Shown: positions 37,339-48,908 of the stretch, one piece after another
Layout of the letters: each line of letters starts with the position of its first letter
How positions within the stretch are numbered: position 1 is the first letter of the stretch
From: Microthyrium microscopicum
Lineage: Eukaryota
Assembly (NCBI GenBank): GCA_010405405.1
Contig: MU004241.1
Location: 496,001-560,000, forward strand
Reading direction: 5' to 3'
DNA length: 64,000 bases
Notes under the pieces: generated by a model
Told to the model about the DNA's origin: nothing
Databases searched by the model: none
What the model saw: only the letters and a program-made list of their open reading frames with translations
Position numbers and translations under genes: made by a program

Positions 37339-40300
37339 ATGGGGCCAGGAGTGGAGGATAGCACAGAAGCGGATGTGGGGGGTACAATAATCAACAAAGA
37401 GCAATTAGATGTCAAGATGCCAGCAAATGACCAACATACAGCACAAGACAGCGCCGATGCATCACCGCATGGATCTCCGTTGTTGTCGCCTACCGATGGA
37501 GACAACGAGGATGACTCCTCAAGGCCAATCGCGCCACTACAAAAACGACGTCGAGTTACGCGCGCTTGCGATGAATGCAGAAGGAAAAAGATCAAATGCG
37601 ATGGAAAACAACCTTGTACTCATTGTACAGTTTACAGCTATGGTAAGTCAGCCCTATCGTCTGGCGACAGCGAAGCTAGAGAAAATCATGACGCCGTCAG
37701 CAAATAGTCTGACTGTGTATAGAATGTACCTATGATCAACCCTCGAATCGACGTCGAAACGCGCCTCCCCAGTATGTCGAGAACCTTGAGAACCAGCTCA
37801 AGCGAGCCAATGCGATACTGCGCCTTATAGTTCCCAATGCAGACTTGAATGACCCTGACCTGGAAAATAAGCTTCGCCAGATTACCTTTTCACCCTCACC
37901 CATGCAAGCGACTCCATCGACAGTCAATGGCACACTTCCAGAAGAACCGGAGAGCACACAAGATGACAAACTTGAATCCATGGTTCAAGCAACTGGGCAA
38001 TTGGATCTGGACGAACAAGGCAACTTCGAATATCATGGCCATTCATCTGGTCTTCATTTTGTTAGGAGAATGCGCGAATCTCTTGGGGACGTGATGGGAC
38101 CTGAGCCAAGAAGTACTCCATTCATCAAATCTCGTCCCATGTCACAGGTATTTGACTCGCCTCGCTCAACAAGCGCATCTCCAAGAGATTCACAAGGAAA
38201 CTCGGATCTTCCACCCCTGGAAATGGCTCGAGAGATGTGCGATACAACTATCAATGACGCCGGCGCACTTCTTCGCTTTGTACACTATCCTAGTTTTGTG
38301 AAGCGTATGGAACGCCTCTATGAGACACCTCCAGAGCAATATGGTAACGATGAAAACTCATTTTTACCCTTGTTCTATGCAGTATTATCTGTTGCGACGC
38401 TATTTGCCAAAGATGATGGTAGCGGGCTTGAGCAGACTGGGTATGAAAATGCTATCGCAGAAGGGTATGAATTCCAAAACAAACGCAATAGTCGAAAACA
38501 ACTAACAAGTTTTAGCTTTGTGTATTTTAAACAATCTCGGCAGCTCATGGATATTGCTGATTGTCGCGATCTCACTCAACTACAGGCTGTTGTGTTTATG
38601 ATTTTATTCCTTCAATCATCTGCAAAACTCTCCGTTTGCTATGCATATATTGGAGTAGCTCTGCGATCGGCACTTCGAATGGGTCTACACAGGTCTTTCA
38701 CCGATAACTTTAATCCTATCGAATCAGAGACGAGGAAGAGATTGTTTTGGGTCATTCGCAAAATGGACACCTATGTTGGTGCGCTTCTGGGACTTCCACA
38801 CTCCTTGAACGACGACGAGATCGATCAGGATTATCCGCTCGAGGTTGATGATGAATACATCACCGAAACCAGAATTCTACCTATGCCTGAGGGTAGCATT
38901 TCCCTTCTGACCGCTTCTAATCATCACACAAAACTCGTCCAAATACTCGCAAAGGTTGTCAAGGTCATTTACCCTTCTCATGCATCAATCAAGCGCCATA
39001 TGCTTGGAAAGAATCTCAATACATATAGTGTTAGCTATGCCAAAATTGTCGAGATAGAACAAGATCTCCAGAATTGGCAAGATTCATTACCTCTAGCACT
39101 GCGACCAGGTGGAGAGGCAACAAGGGTAATGCAAAGGTACGTTAGGATTTCTAGAATCAAGTATGCAAGACTGACTGCTGCCTTAGGTGTCAGCACTTGT
39201 TGCGAATGGCATATGCTCACGCTCAGATGATGCTTTATCGGCCATTCCTTCACTACGTATCTCAGACAAGAGACTCGAAAAACGTGGACAAAAGGTCATA
39301 CGCTTGTGCGGCAGCTTGTGTAAGCGTGTCAAGAAATATTGTCAACATTGCAGTGGAGATGCAGAAAAGAGGTCTCCTTGGAGGCGCATATTGGTTTACC
39401 ATGTACACTACATTCTTTGCAATTCTCTCGTTGGTTTTTTACGCCCTGGAAAATCCCGAGGACAACTCCAGCCAAGATGTTCTCAAAGTCGCTAGAGAAG
39501 CCAAGGAGACCTTGGAGTCGCTCGCAAGGAGGAGCATGGCAGCTGATAGATGCGCTGCCACACTCAAAGTATAACTTCCCATTTACTTGACCCTGATAAG
39601 TACTGACTTTGAAAGGCTCTATTCCAACAACTACCCGACCACAAATTCAAGCGAACGCCTTCTGTTCGAAATACACATAAACGACGATCTTCTCCATCGC
39701 CATCACGAGAGCTGAAGCAAGAATCGCAAACTCATACACCAAACCTCTCTTCCGTTCCAAATCCCATGCAACCACAAAATTTCGACCTCGCCGACCTCCA
39801 GTACGCCAATGCCCACGGCTTCTACGAACCTATGGCCACATTCTCTCCCAGCAGCCAAGGTCCTAACACCTTCACCAACTCCCCTACAGTTCCCGAAAAC
39901 TACCAACCTGGCCTCGCCGACTTATCCGCAATGATGTTCCCCAATCCCGACCCCTTTGCTTATCCCACAAACCAACCAGCTGGCAGTGATGCCTCTTTCC
40001 CCGCCTACAAAGCACTCGACAGCTCCTCTTACGTTCCTTACTCACCCTCCACAGCACCGAATATGCGCCTGCACAATCTAGCTGGACCTCACCTCAATGG
40101 CTCTTCTTCCAATTCTTTCGTTCCACCTTCTTCTACCTTCATGATGCACTCTGGCGGTCCAGACTCTCGCTCCATGGATAACGAGGGCGACGTTGCCCTT
40201 CTGGGTCCTATGCCCATGTATCTCATGCAAGGTGATAGCTACATCAACGGGACCAATACCGCGCGACCAACCACAACCACCACAAACGGTACGCCCATCA

Positions 40301-40665
40301 CAACGACTGCGCAACCTGTCAACGGCTCGGGAGCAACGGTCATACCTATAACGACAGGAGGCGCACAGCATGAGGCACATGTCGCCATGCGCAACAAGTA
40401 TTTTCCCACTGGCGCACCCGGTCCAATGGACCTAGACGCGCTTCTTGGTAATGAGGAGTGGGCTGGGCTGCCAGCAGACCGAGCGCCGATGTATGTGAGC
40501 CCTGCAGTAGGTGCGCCCGAGGGAGCGTTTCGGCGGAAACAAATACTACATGCACAGAATGGATCACCAAGTGCATTACCAGTTGGTCAGAACGGCCAAG
40601 GAATGGGCTTGCAATATGATGACCTGACGCCTGGTATGCTAGGCTGGGGATTGGAAGGCTTCTAA
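37339..40665 (+). CDS. Zn(II)2Cys6 transcription factor with Fungal_trans domain, Asg1-like
   Basis: [52 protein letters not shown]...[12 protein letters not shown]; low-complexity C-terminus; about 4 introns; start could be 37339 or 37417. Confidence 0.9.
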
Positions 40666-40841
40666 AAGCAAAGATTGGTAATCACTTGAAGGGAGTTCAA
40701 TTGCATTTGTAGGCATTGGGGAGGTCTTTTATGTTTTGATAGAACTTATGATGATGATGCATTATGGGCGTAGATTGATTGCATTGAATTGAAACAGAAT
40801 AATACTTGAACTCAGTTCTAGTAGCTACAGCAATGAACTAG

Positions 40842-41272
40842 CTACTGCCAACAATTGCTCGATGGTAATGGTTTGTTCCACACCTCTTGCTCAAGCATTC
40901 TCATTAAAGCTCTCAACGCTTCCTTATGTAACGCCTCGTCGTATGCCTCATTGCAGCCTTCACCCACACGCTCGTCAGTTTTCCACAACCGCGTCACGCT
41001 CAGTTTGCCTTGCTCATTTGTGTATTTCCATAGAAGAATAGCGACGAGGGTAGGCTTTTTGTAATTCTTTTCCGACGGCTTTCGTGCAAAGACGACATCA
41101 AGTTGGTACTCAGGGTAGCCCGTCAAGAACGATGCGGTATCTTGAATTTGTTAGCGTAGATATTGCAGGTGAAAGATACGTACTAATAATGCTTTTGATG
41201 TCACTGAACGTGTTTCTGACTGGATTTACTTGTTCGGTCTTCTTGTCGGCCTTTGGGAAGCCCGGAAGGTCT
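40842..41272 (-). CDS. Hypothetical protein, 5' end unresolved
   Basis: Two in-frame segments (DLPGFPKADKKTEQVNPVRNTFSDIKSII|NTASFLTGYPEYQLDVVFARK...) joined by a GTACGT..GCTAAC..AAG intron; no start codon established. Confidence 0.35.
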
Positions 41273-41784
41273 CTAGCTCACTTTAGGATAACAGCAGAGT
41301 CGATTTCTTGTCAAGATGAAGATTATTATGGCTGTATTCGAACATACGTGGTCCACGTCGCCCAATGCTGCGCAACCTTACTATGCGCTTAAGCCTGGCC
41401 ACCCGAATGAGGCTGTAACGGCGTACAATGTTTTACAGCCATAGGTACTTTTCAGCCATTATGACCGAGCAGCTGAAGATATGGAAGACGGAACGTACGA
41501 TGATCTGGGCTGAGTGACTGCAGTCAGTGATCGCCAACCGCCAACCTATGCCTATCACCGAGCCACCCATACTTGTTGCGGTACTCACGGTATAAAGGAC
41601 CGCGAAGTTCTACGAAATAGCATCAGCTACTAATCGCTCTAGAGGGCGCAATAATGGAGGATGAGATTTCAGAGGATCCAACTAGGTTAAGCTATACAAT
41701 TGTCCATCGACAATAATATGACACCAGGAATATTCACAAGCCTCCGCCAAATCGCATGGAGGGTATATCCTCACGCAGTCGCCA

Positions 41785-44448
41785 CTATGGACAGGCGCGA
41801 TCAAGAGCCAATATCGCAAAATGCCCACCGACCACTGGCCGCGCCATGAAATATGGACCCGGGAACCCACCAGTCCCCTCCGTCTCGTACAAGTCTGTCA
41901 ACGGACGATCTGTATCCGTCTCGTTGATCCAGCGTGCTACGCGATCAACAATCAGCTTGCGCACGCGCGGCTCTGACACGGCCGCGGCCTCAAATTCCCA
42001 GTCTGATTTGGTGTACAGGTGGCGCGAGTCGAGAGGTAGACCGTAGCGCTGCATGACGAGAGCGTACCAGTCGGATTGGTTCTTGTATACGCCATGTGGA
42101 ATGAAATTCTTGCGCGAATACGACGCAGCTTTGGCGGAGCGTGGCGAGTGGGGGGTGTTTGGCGGCGTTTTGAGAAGCTGTTGGTCAGTGGGTGGTTGGT
42201 AGAAGTCGGAGTCGGAGAGCACATCTGGCGTGTTGGGTTTGAGGTCAAAGAAGTAGTGTACATCTGTTATTTGCGGGTGGAAGCAGAGAAGTGCGTCGGC
42301 GTAGAGGCTGTATAGAGTGGTCCAGCTGCCGTACCAGTTGTATGCGAGTTTGGCATGGCTGCCGTCGCGGGACATGGCAAAGTCTTGCCATTTCTTGATA
42401 TAGCTTTCCGCAATGGACTGGGGGAATTGTTAGCACAATATCTTTGAGAAGACTGCAGAATGGTTTACCTTATATTCGTCTGCGTCCTTCTTGTGGCCTA
42501 GATAACCTGCTATTTCACTCATTGCATTGATTCCAACAATGCCTTTGAGAGCAAGGTTTGTCTGTAGAGCCAACCATCCTGCAAAGTCGTCTGTGGACAG
42601 CTGATTGTGTGGTTCGAGACTGAACTCCACAAGATAGCCTGTCCATTGCTTCAAGAGTCCATAGGATCTATCCAGCCATTGTAGAGCTTGCGAGCTTCCC
42701 TTGTGCGAGCCGCCCCAGCCAGCGTCTATATAATCAACGTTGGATAATGACAATGGAAATACGCTATTCTCGTCAATGTAATCTTTGCTGTGCTTGTCAA
42801 TGTAATCTTGGCCTCCCGCGCGGAACGCCTCGTATCCGTCAAGATCATTATTTTGCAGTGAATTAGCCAGCGCCAGGGCCATTATCAGCATGTTGCCACA
42901 CTCTTCCACGGGCATGTACTCATCATTGCCGTCCGCATGGCCAGTTTGATTGGGGAAATGAGTCCCCATGTCGTGCATAGAGTATTTGTTCGGATATTGG
43001 CCGCTCAGTTGATGCTCTAACAAAGGCTCCAGAAGATAGGCAAGCCATCGAGGGTTGGTATAAAGAAAGAATGGCATTGAAGGGAAAATGACATCGACGG
43101 TTTGAGAGTTACCATTCGAACTGATTTCTTTCAGGAAAAGAATGGGGTTGTCTGGAGTTCCAGCAAAGCTAGTGGCTCCCATTACTTGTCGTGCTGACAG
43201 AGCAACGATATCTCCATAATCTGTATTTAATGGTCCAGACACTTTAGCGTGGAGAGCTAAATAATAATCGTAATCTGCGGCCAATTTTGAAGCCTTTTGG
43301 AAGTCATTGTAGTGGAAGTTGATCATTTCAGGATCGCTGAAGAACCAAGACATCCATAGCGGTCGCATCAAAGTAAGACCTCTTGCCGATGCGTACTGAA
43401 CTACAGGGTCCTGAACATGAGCAAGAGTAAATAGGGCTGTATTGTTCTTCGAGCTCGAATGGGTGCTGTTGGAGAGCTTAAATGTCTTTGAAAAAGCGAA
43501 GACGGGCTCTTCTTCCATAATACCGCGAAAGTCCTCATCGACCTGATTCTTCAGCGTACCTTGAGTTGCGAATGCTTGTCTTAAAATCGCCGAGGTACCG
43601 CTCTCATGGTCAGAATCCTGAGTGTGTTAGTCTCGACTTGCGAATTAAAAGGATGCCACTTACCGCTGGTCCAGAAAAGTACAATGTTCCCCACTCAGCG
43701 CGGTCAGCCGTTTCACTGAAAACAGCCTCCTGTTGCTTCTTTACTTTCCACGTCTTGAGGCCTTCTGCAGTACCGTCACCGTGAATGTATTCCCACTCAA
43801 TTTGTGCATTACGGTCTCCACTGACCCATTGTCCATTCACATCAACATAAATGCTGACATCAAATGAACCCTCAGCCAAAACTGACATATAACACGCAGG
43901 CAATGCTTGTCTTAAGGTTGATGAAGGAGTAATAGGACATAAAAATGAAAGTGTGATTTCGACTGGGGACTTTTTCGATGCGGCGCTCAGCGGAGGAGGG
44001 ATATGATAGGTGAGGTTGGTCGTTGACGCATCGTAGCTGGAGCCCATGTACTCAGGGAAGGAAATGTTATATCTTCACATTGATCAGTTCTTCGTTCAAC
44101 CTCAAAATGACAACGCATGATCACATACGATACACCCTTGTTCTTCAATGAATCCTGCGGTCTCCCAAGAAGTGGGTACACCGTGCCATTCGAGTCCGAT
44201 GCCAGCACGCCGAATCCAATCTACAAATCTCAATTAGCTTTATCTCCATTGAACCAGATTCGCACACTAACGTATTCACCGGTGTAAAACATGGGCCACT
44301 TCTCCCATGGCGCATGCCGCGCGCTCGGTAGCCACGCATTGAGGTATGGGTTTCGGACGAACAGAGGTAGGACTGGAGGCGTGAGGACTGAAGCGCACGC
44401 AACGGAGCAAAGAATGCCCAGCAGCAGGCTCATCAAGGTCGGTTTCAT
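41785..44448 (-). CDS. gtaA: Secreted glutaminase GtaA-like protein
   Basis: Signal peptide, PPVLPLFVRNPYLNAW, FLKEISSNGNSQTVDVIFP, MPVEECGNMLIM, QLSTDDFAGWLALQTNLALKG, YTKSDWE and ARPVVGGHFA; multiple introns. Confidence 0.9.
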
Positions 44449-45144
44449 GGCTGCGAGTCGCACAAACCGGCAATGGAAAAACTGTTGGCAAGTAGAGGGG
44501 CGGAAGACGTGACTTCGAAGCTAGCAATGCGAGAGGTGGGAAGGATATTGAAGACGCCAAACGAAATGAGTGAGCTGGAGAGAATGAAGAGAGAGACTGC
44601 CAGCGGCGTGAGTAGTAGAGTATGGTGTTTAGTCGGTCTGTTACGCAGCAAGTGCGACACATGATGCATTAGATCCCATGCATGCGACTCGCGAGGGCCC
44701 ATGTCGGCGGCGTTGTGCCGCGTTTGTGGGGTAGGTAGCGCCCATCTCCACGAGGCCCAACTTCCAACGTTGAATTGAAGCGACAACCTCAATTTCAATA
44801 TATTGACTTTACAAATCGGAGATGAGAAATCGATCATGTAGCTAGATGGAAATGGCTATTTTTCTCCCAAGTCTGCAATACCGTTGGTGGTTATGCATAC
44901 CGTATTCTTGGAGAGATTTCACGAAAACTTCACTGTGAACTGCGAATGAGGAGAGAACAAATTGTAACATCAACACCTTTTTCCATTAGGGAGTCTATGA
45001 GCCTATGAACGGAATCAACCCAGTAAAGCCTCGATTCCAAGCCAAAGAAACCCGAACAAACCTCATCATACAATTCTCATGAAAGGCGCAACCCCGACAA
45101 CAATAATGCGCAAAGACAACATCAACAAGTGTACTATGAAGTGT

Positions 45145-47038
45145 CTATTTCTTGCCAGCCTTTTGGGCAGCCTTGGTGACCTTGCCAGCCTTGTCTTGCT
45201 TCTCGACGGACTTGATGACACCGACAGCAACGGTTTGACGCATGTCACGGACGGCGAAACGTCCTAGAGGTGGGTAGGCGGTGAAAGCTTCAACGCACAT
45301 GGGCTTGGATGGAACCATCTTGACGATGGCGGCATCACCAGACTTGATGAACTTGGGAGAATCTTCGACGGACTTTCCAGTACGACGATCGATCTTCTCA
45401 AGAAGCTCAGCGAACTTGCAAGCAATGTGGGCGGTATGGCAATCGAGAACTGGAGCGTAACCGGCACCAACCTGACCAGGATGGTTGAGAACGATGACCT
45501 GAGCATTGAAGGACTCGGCGCCCTTTGGAGGATCGTTCTTGGAGTCACCAGCAACGTTGCCACGACGAATCTCCTTGACGGAAACGTTCTTGACATTGAA
45601 GCCGACGTTGTCACCTGGGAGACCCTCAACAAGCTGTTCGTGATGCATCTCAACGGACTTGACTTCAGTGGTGACGCCAGCTGGGGCGAAGGTAACGATC
45701 ATGCCGGCTAGAGATTGTTAGAAAATGGTTCCAAAGTATGGTTAGAATGACTCACCCTTGATGACACCGGTTTCGACACGACCGACTGGCACCGTGCCAA
45801 TACCACCGATCTTGTAGACATCCTGAAGAGGAAGACGGAGTGGCTTGTCGGTAGGACGGGAAGGTGGCTCAATGGCATCGATGGCCTCGAGAAGGGTCTT
45901 GCCGGAGGCCTTGACCTTGATTTCCTTCTCCCAACCCTTGTACCATGGGCAGTTGGGGGAGACGTCAATCATGTTGTCACCGTTGAAACCAGAGATTGGC
46001 ACGAAAGCAACATGCTTGGGGTTGTATCCGACCTTCTTGATGAAGGAGGAGGTCTCCTTGATAATTTCGTTGAAACGATCCTCGGACCATTTGGTGGTGT
46101 CCATCTTGTTGATGGCGACGATGAGCTGCTTGACTCCGAGAGTGTAGGCAAGAAGAGCGTGCTCACGAGTCTGGCCATCCTTGGAGATACCAGCTTCGAA
46201 CTCACCAGTACCAGCGGCAATGATGAGAATGGCGCAATCAGCCTGGGAGGTTCCAGTAATCATGTTCTTGATGAAATCACGATGACCAGGAGCGTCGATG
46301 ACGGTGACATAGTATCTGAGACAGTTAGCATAGCTCAATCATCGCCGTCCCCCCAATACATGCCTGGGGGTCTCGAATTTCCAGAGAGCAATGTCGATAG
46401 TGATACCACGCTCGCGTTCGGCCTTTAGTTTGTCGAGCACCCTTGGAGGTTATTAGTGAAGACTCAAAATGAGAGTGGCGCGGAAAACTCACCATGCGTA
46501 TTTGAAGGAGCCTTTTCCGAGCTCAGCAGCTTCCTATTGAAAGTTAGTAAATGAAAAGAGAATATATCAGACCAATGGTGATGATGATGTTGGTGGTGAG
46601 CTGTGTGGCGCTGCCGTACTGCAATGGCTTGCGAGGCTTGCAGAATTTCTTGCAGTGGTGGGGCAACGCCACCAACACGCGGGGAAAAATGTGCGAAAAT
46701 TCAACACAGTTCTCTATCAGGCGAACGACAGCAGATATCAGCACGAAGTGAGCAACTTTCCTTTTCAAATTTCTCGTGAGGGTTGTTAGCAATGAGCATC
46801 ATGAAGAGGAGGACAATAGCTACCGATAGTACGCTTGTCGATACCACCGCATTTGTAGATGAGATGACCGGTGGTGGTGGATTTGCCGGAGTCGACGTGG
46901 CCGATAACGACGACGTTGATGTGAAGCTTTTCTTTACTGTGAGCGATAGCAGTTAGCCAAAGAGTTCTGATGAGAGTGGTGCCGCGGTGCGCAAAAAGTG
47001 CGTTGGGCAGCAGGCTCGTAGAGTCAGACTCACCCCAT
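45145..47038 (-). CDS. TEF1: Translation elongation factor 1-alpha
   Basis: [37 protein letters not shown] and [19 protein letters not shown]|gtgagt at 47038; six coding-region introns, three apparently non-canonical. Confidence 0.98.
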
Positions 47039-48565
47039 GATAGCGGTTGGGCGTGCGGATTGATGTGTGTGTGGTGTAGAGGATGTGTGATTTTGCTGTA
47101 GAGAATCAGTACGGTGATAGAGGACAATGATCGATGGATATTACCCAGATATCAACGCTCTTTGGTTGAAGGTATAGCTTGACGAAAAAAAGAGAATCAA
47201 AATTGAAAGGCGGATGGTGGGGAGGAGGTTTTAAGGATACAGAATTTTGCCGTAGCGTGTGCCAAGACTGCCCTAACGTTGACTGGACAGTGACATCGAT
47301 GTTAACAGCCTGCCCCTCCTTCCAGATATGGTGGTAACTAGGGATACCGGTGACGGCTATTCGAGACCTTGATTTATGACTGGGTCGTAACTGCTGTTTT
47401 GCCTCTTGGAAATTACACAGTGCACCTCGCTGAGCTAATTTCAACTTCAGGTGGAATATCGAATTTGAATGATATGAAGAAACAAGAATATTCTCCTCAA
47501 TTCTTGTGTCCACCATGACATTCCAAGGCACGGCGAAAACAGCCAGGACTCCCATCGAGTACGTATTCTCCCATATGCCACCATTTCTTATCGAGTGCTA
47601 TGTCTCCCATAGGATTCGCTAAGAATGAGTCAACGTAACGACTCTTATGGGAATTTCAATATGTTCTAATTATGGAAGGCTTATGGGTACCATCGCGCTT
47701 CATGGGAATGCGCTACTCAATTTAGTCACTCTTTGAGTTCCTTATATATCGCTTTTCCCTCGCACGGTAACGATGTCTCAAATTCATTATCAGTGATAGA
47801 GCATCTTATGGGAAACATCGCACTTCATCTGAAAACGCACTCCATGGGAAACTTCGTAATCGATGGAAATTACGAAATTATATCAATGTAATCTTTGATC
47901 TCTTTTGTTCACCATTATCAAAATATACTACAACTTTATACTGCTGGGTACCAACTACCAAGACCATAAGAGGAAGAGTCTGCATGCATAGCGCCTGCAC
48001 ATAAATGTAGTTTGAGGTACTTCTCAACTACCGAATCAAGAAACGCTGCAGTAATCTGTATCGTTCCTTTTTCAGACCCCCTTCCACTTCAGGTAGAATC
48101 TGCTCGACGTAGCCATAGTAGCGCAAATCACTAACTGCAATTCCGCGGTCGCCGGTGGAGAAAAAAACTTCTATAGAACAGGTGCGATGTTGGCCATGTT
48201 GAGGTTGCCTCTCGCTCTAATGCACATGCCGGCCTAGTACTAGTCGCAGAAGGGATAATCCAGCCCAATCATTGCCACCCACATTTCTTGGGAAGTTGGG
48301 CTCCAAGTTTCATCGGCGGCAAGCTGTTTTAAGACACCTGAAAATATCTGACAGTTATAGTGGAAAATTGGGCTCGTCTAGCTTGCCATTTGAGCAAGGT
48401 TGACATTTTGTAAGGTTAACATTGCTTGGAAGTTGCTTGGGAGGCTGGTAATGTTCGGTATTATAAGGCTGAGATTTCAGGTAGCTGATTGGCTGAAGTA
48501 ATCAAGCAACTTCAATAATTTTGGCATTGTCGATCAGCAGTTCCTAGGGATTGAAACCGGGCTCT

Positions 48566-48790
48566 GAGGGACAGATAAGTGAGCCGTTTCGACAACTACT
48601 CCCATCGATTACAATGGCTGCCATAACATTCTAAAGAGGGACTGCTTAAATGCCCATCAGCGTCATAAAAGTTACACCAGATTATCATACGATAGTAAGT
48701 AAAGTACCTAGTCACTCATTAAGTAGTGTTGAGGCAGCCATCGCAATCGATGAGAGTAGCCGTTGAAACGGCTCACTTATTTTGTCCACC
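48566..48790. mobile_element. MITE-like fold-back element, copy 2 (inverted relative to copy 1)
   Basis: Same TIRs (GAGGGACAGATAAGTGAGCCGTTTCGACAACTACTCCCATCGATT...); the internal segment aligns to the reverse complement of the copy-1 interior. Confidence 0.75.
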
Positions 48791-48908
48791 AAGATTCTGG
48801 CTCAAAATGATATTGTTCAGTTATCTAAATATTCAGTCTAACGATTTCACGATCTCCCGCCTTCCACATTCTATGAACTAGACGCTCATCAGGCCGACAT
48901 CCATCATT

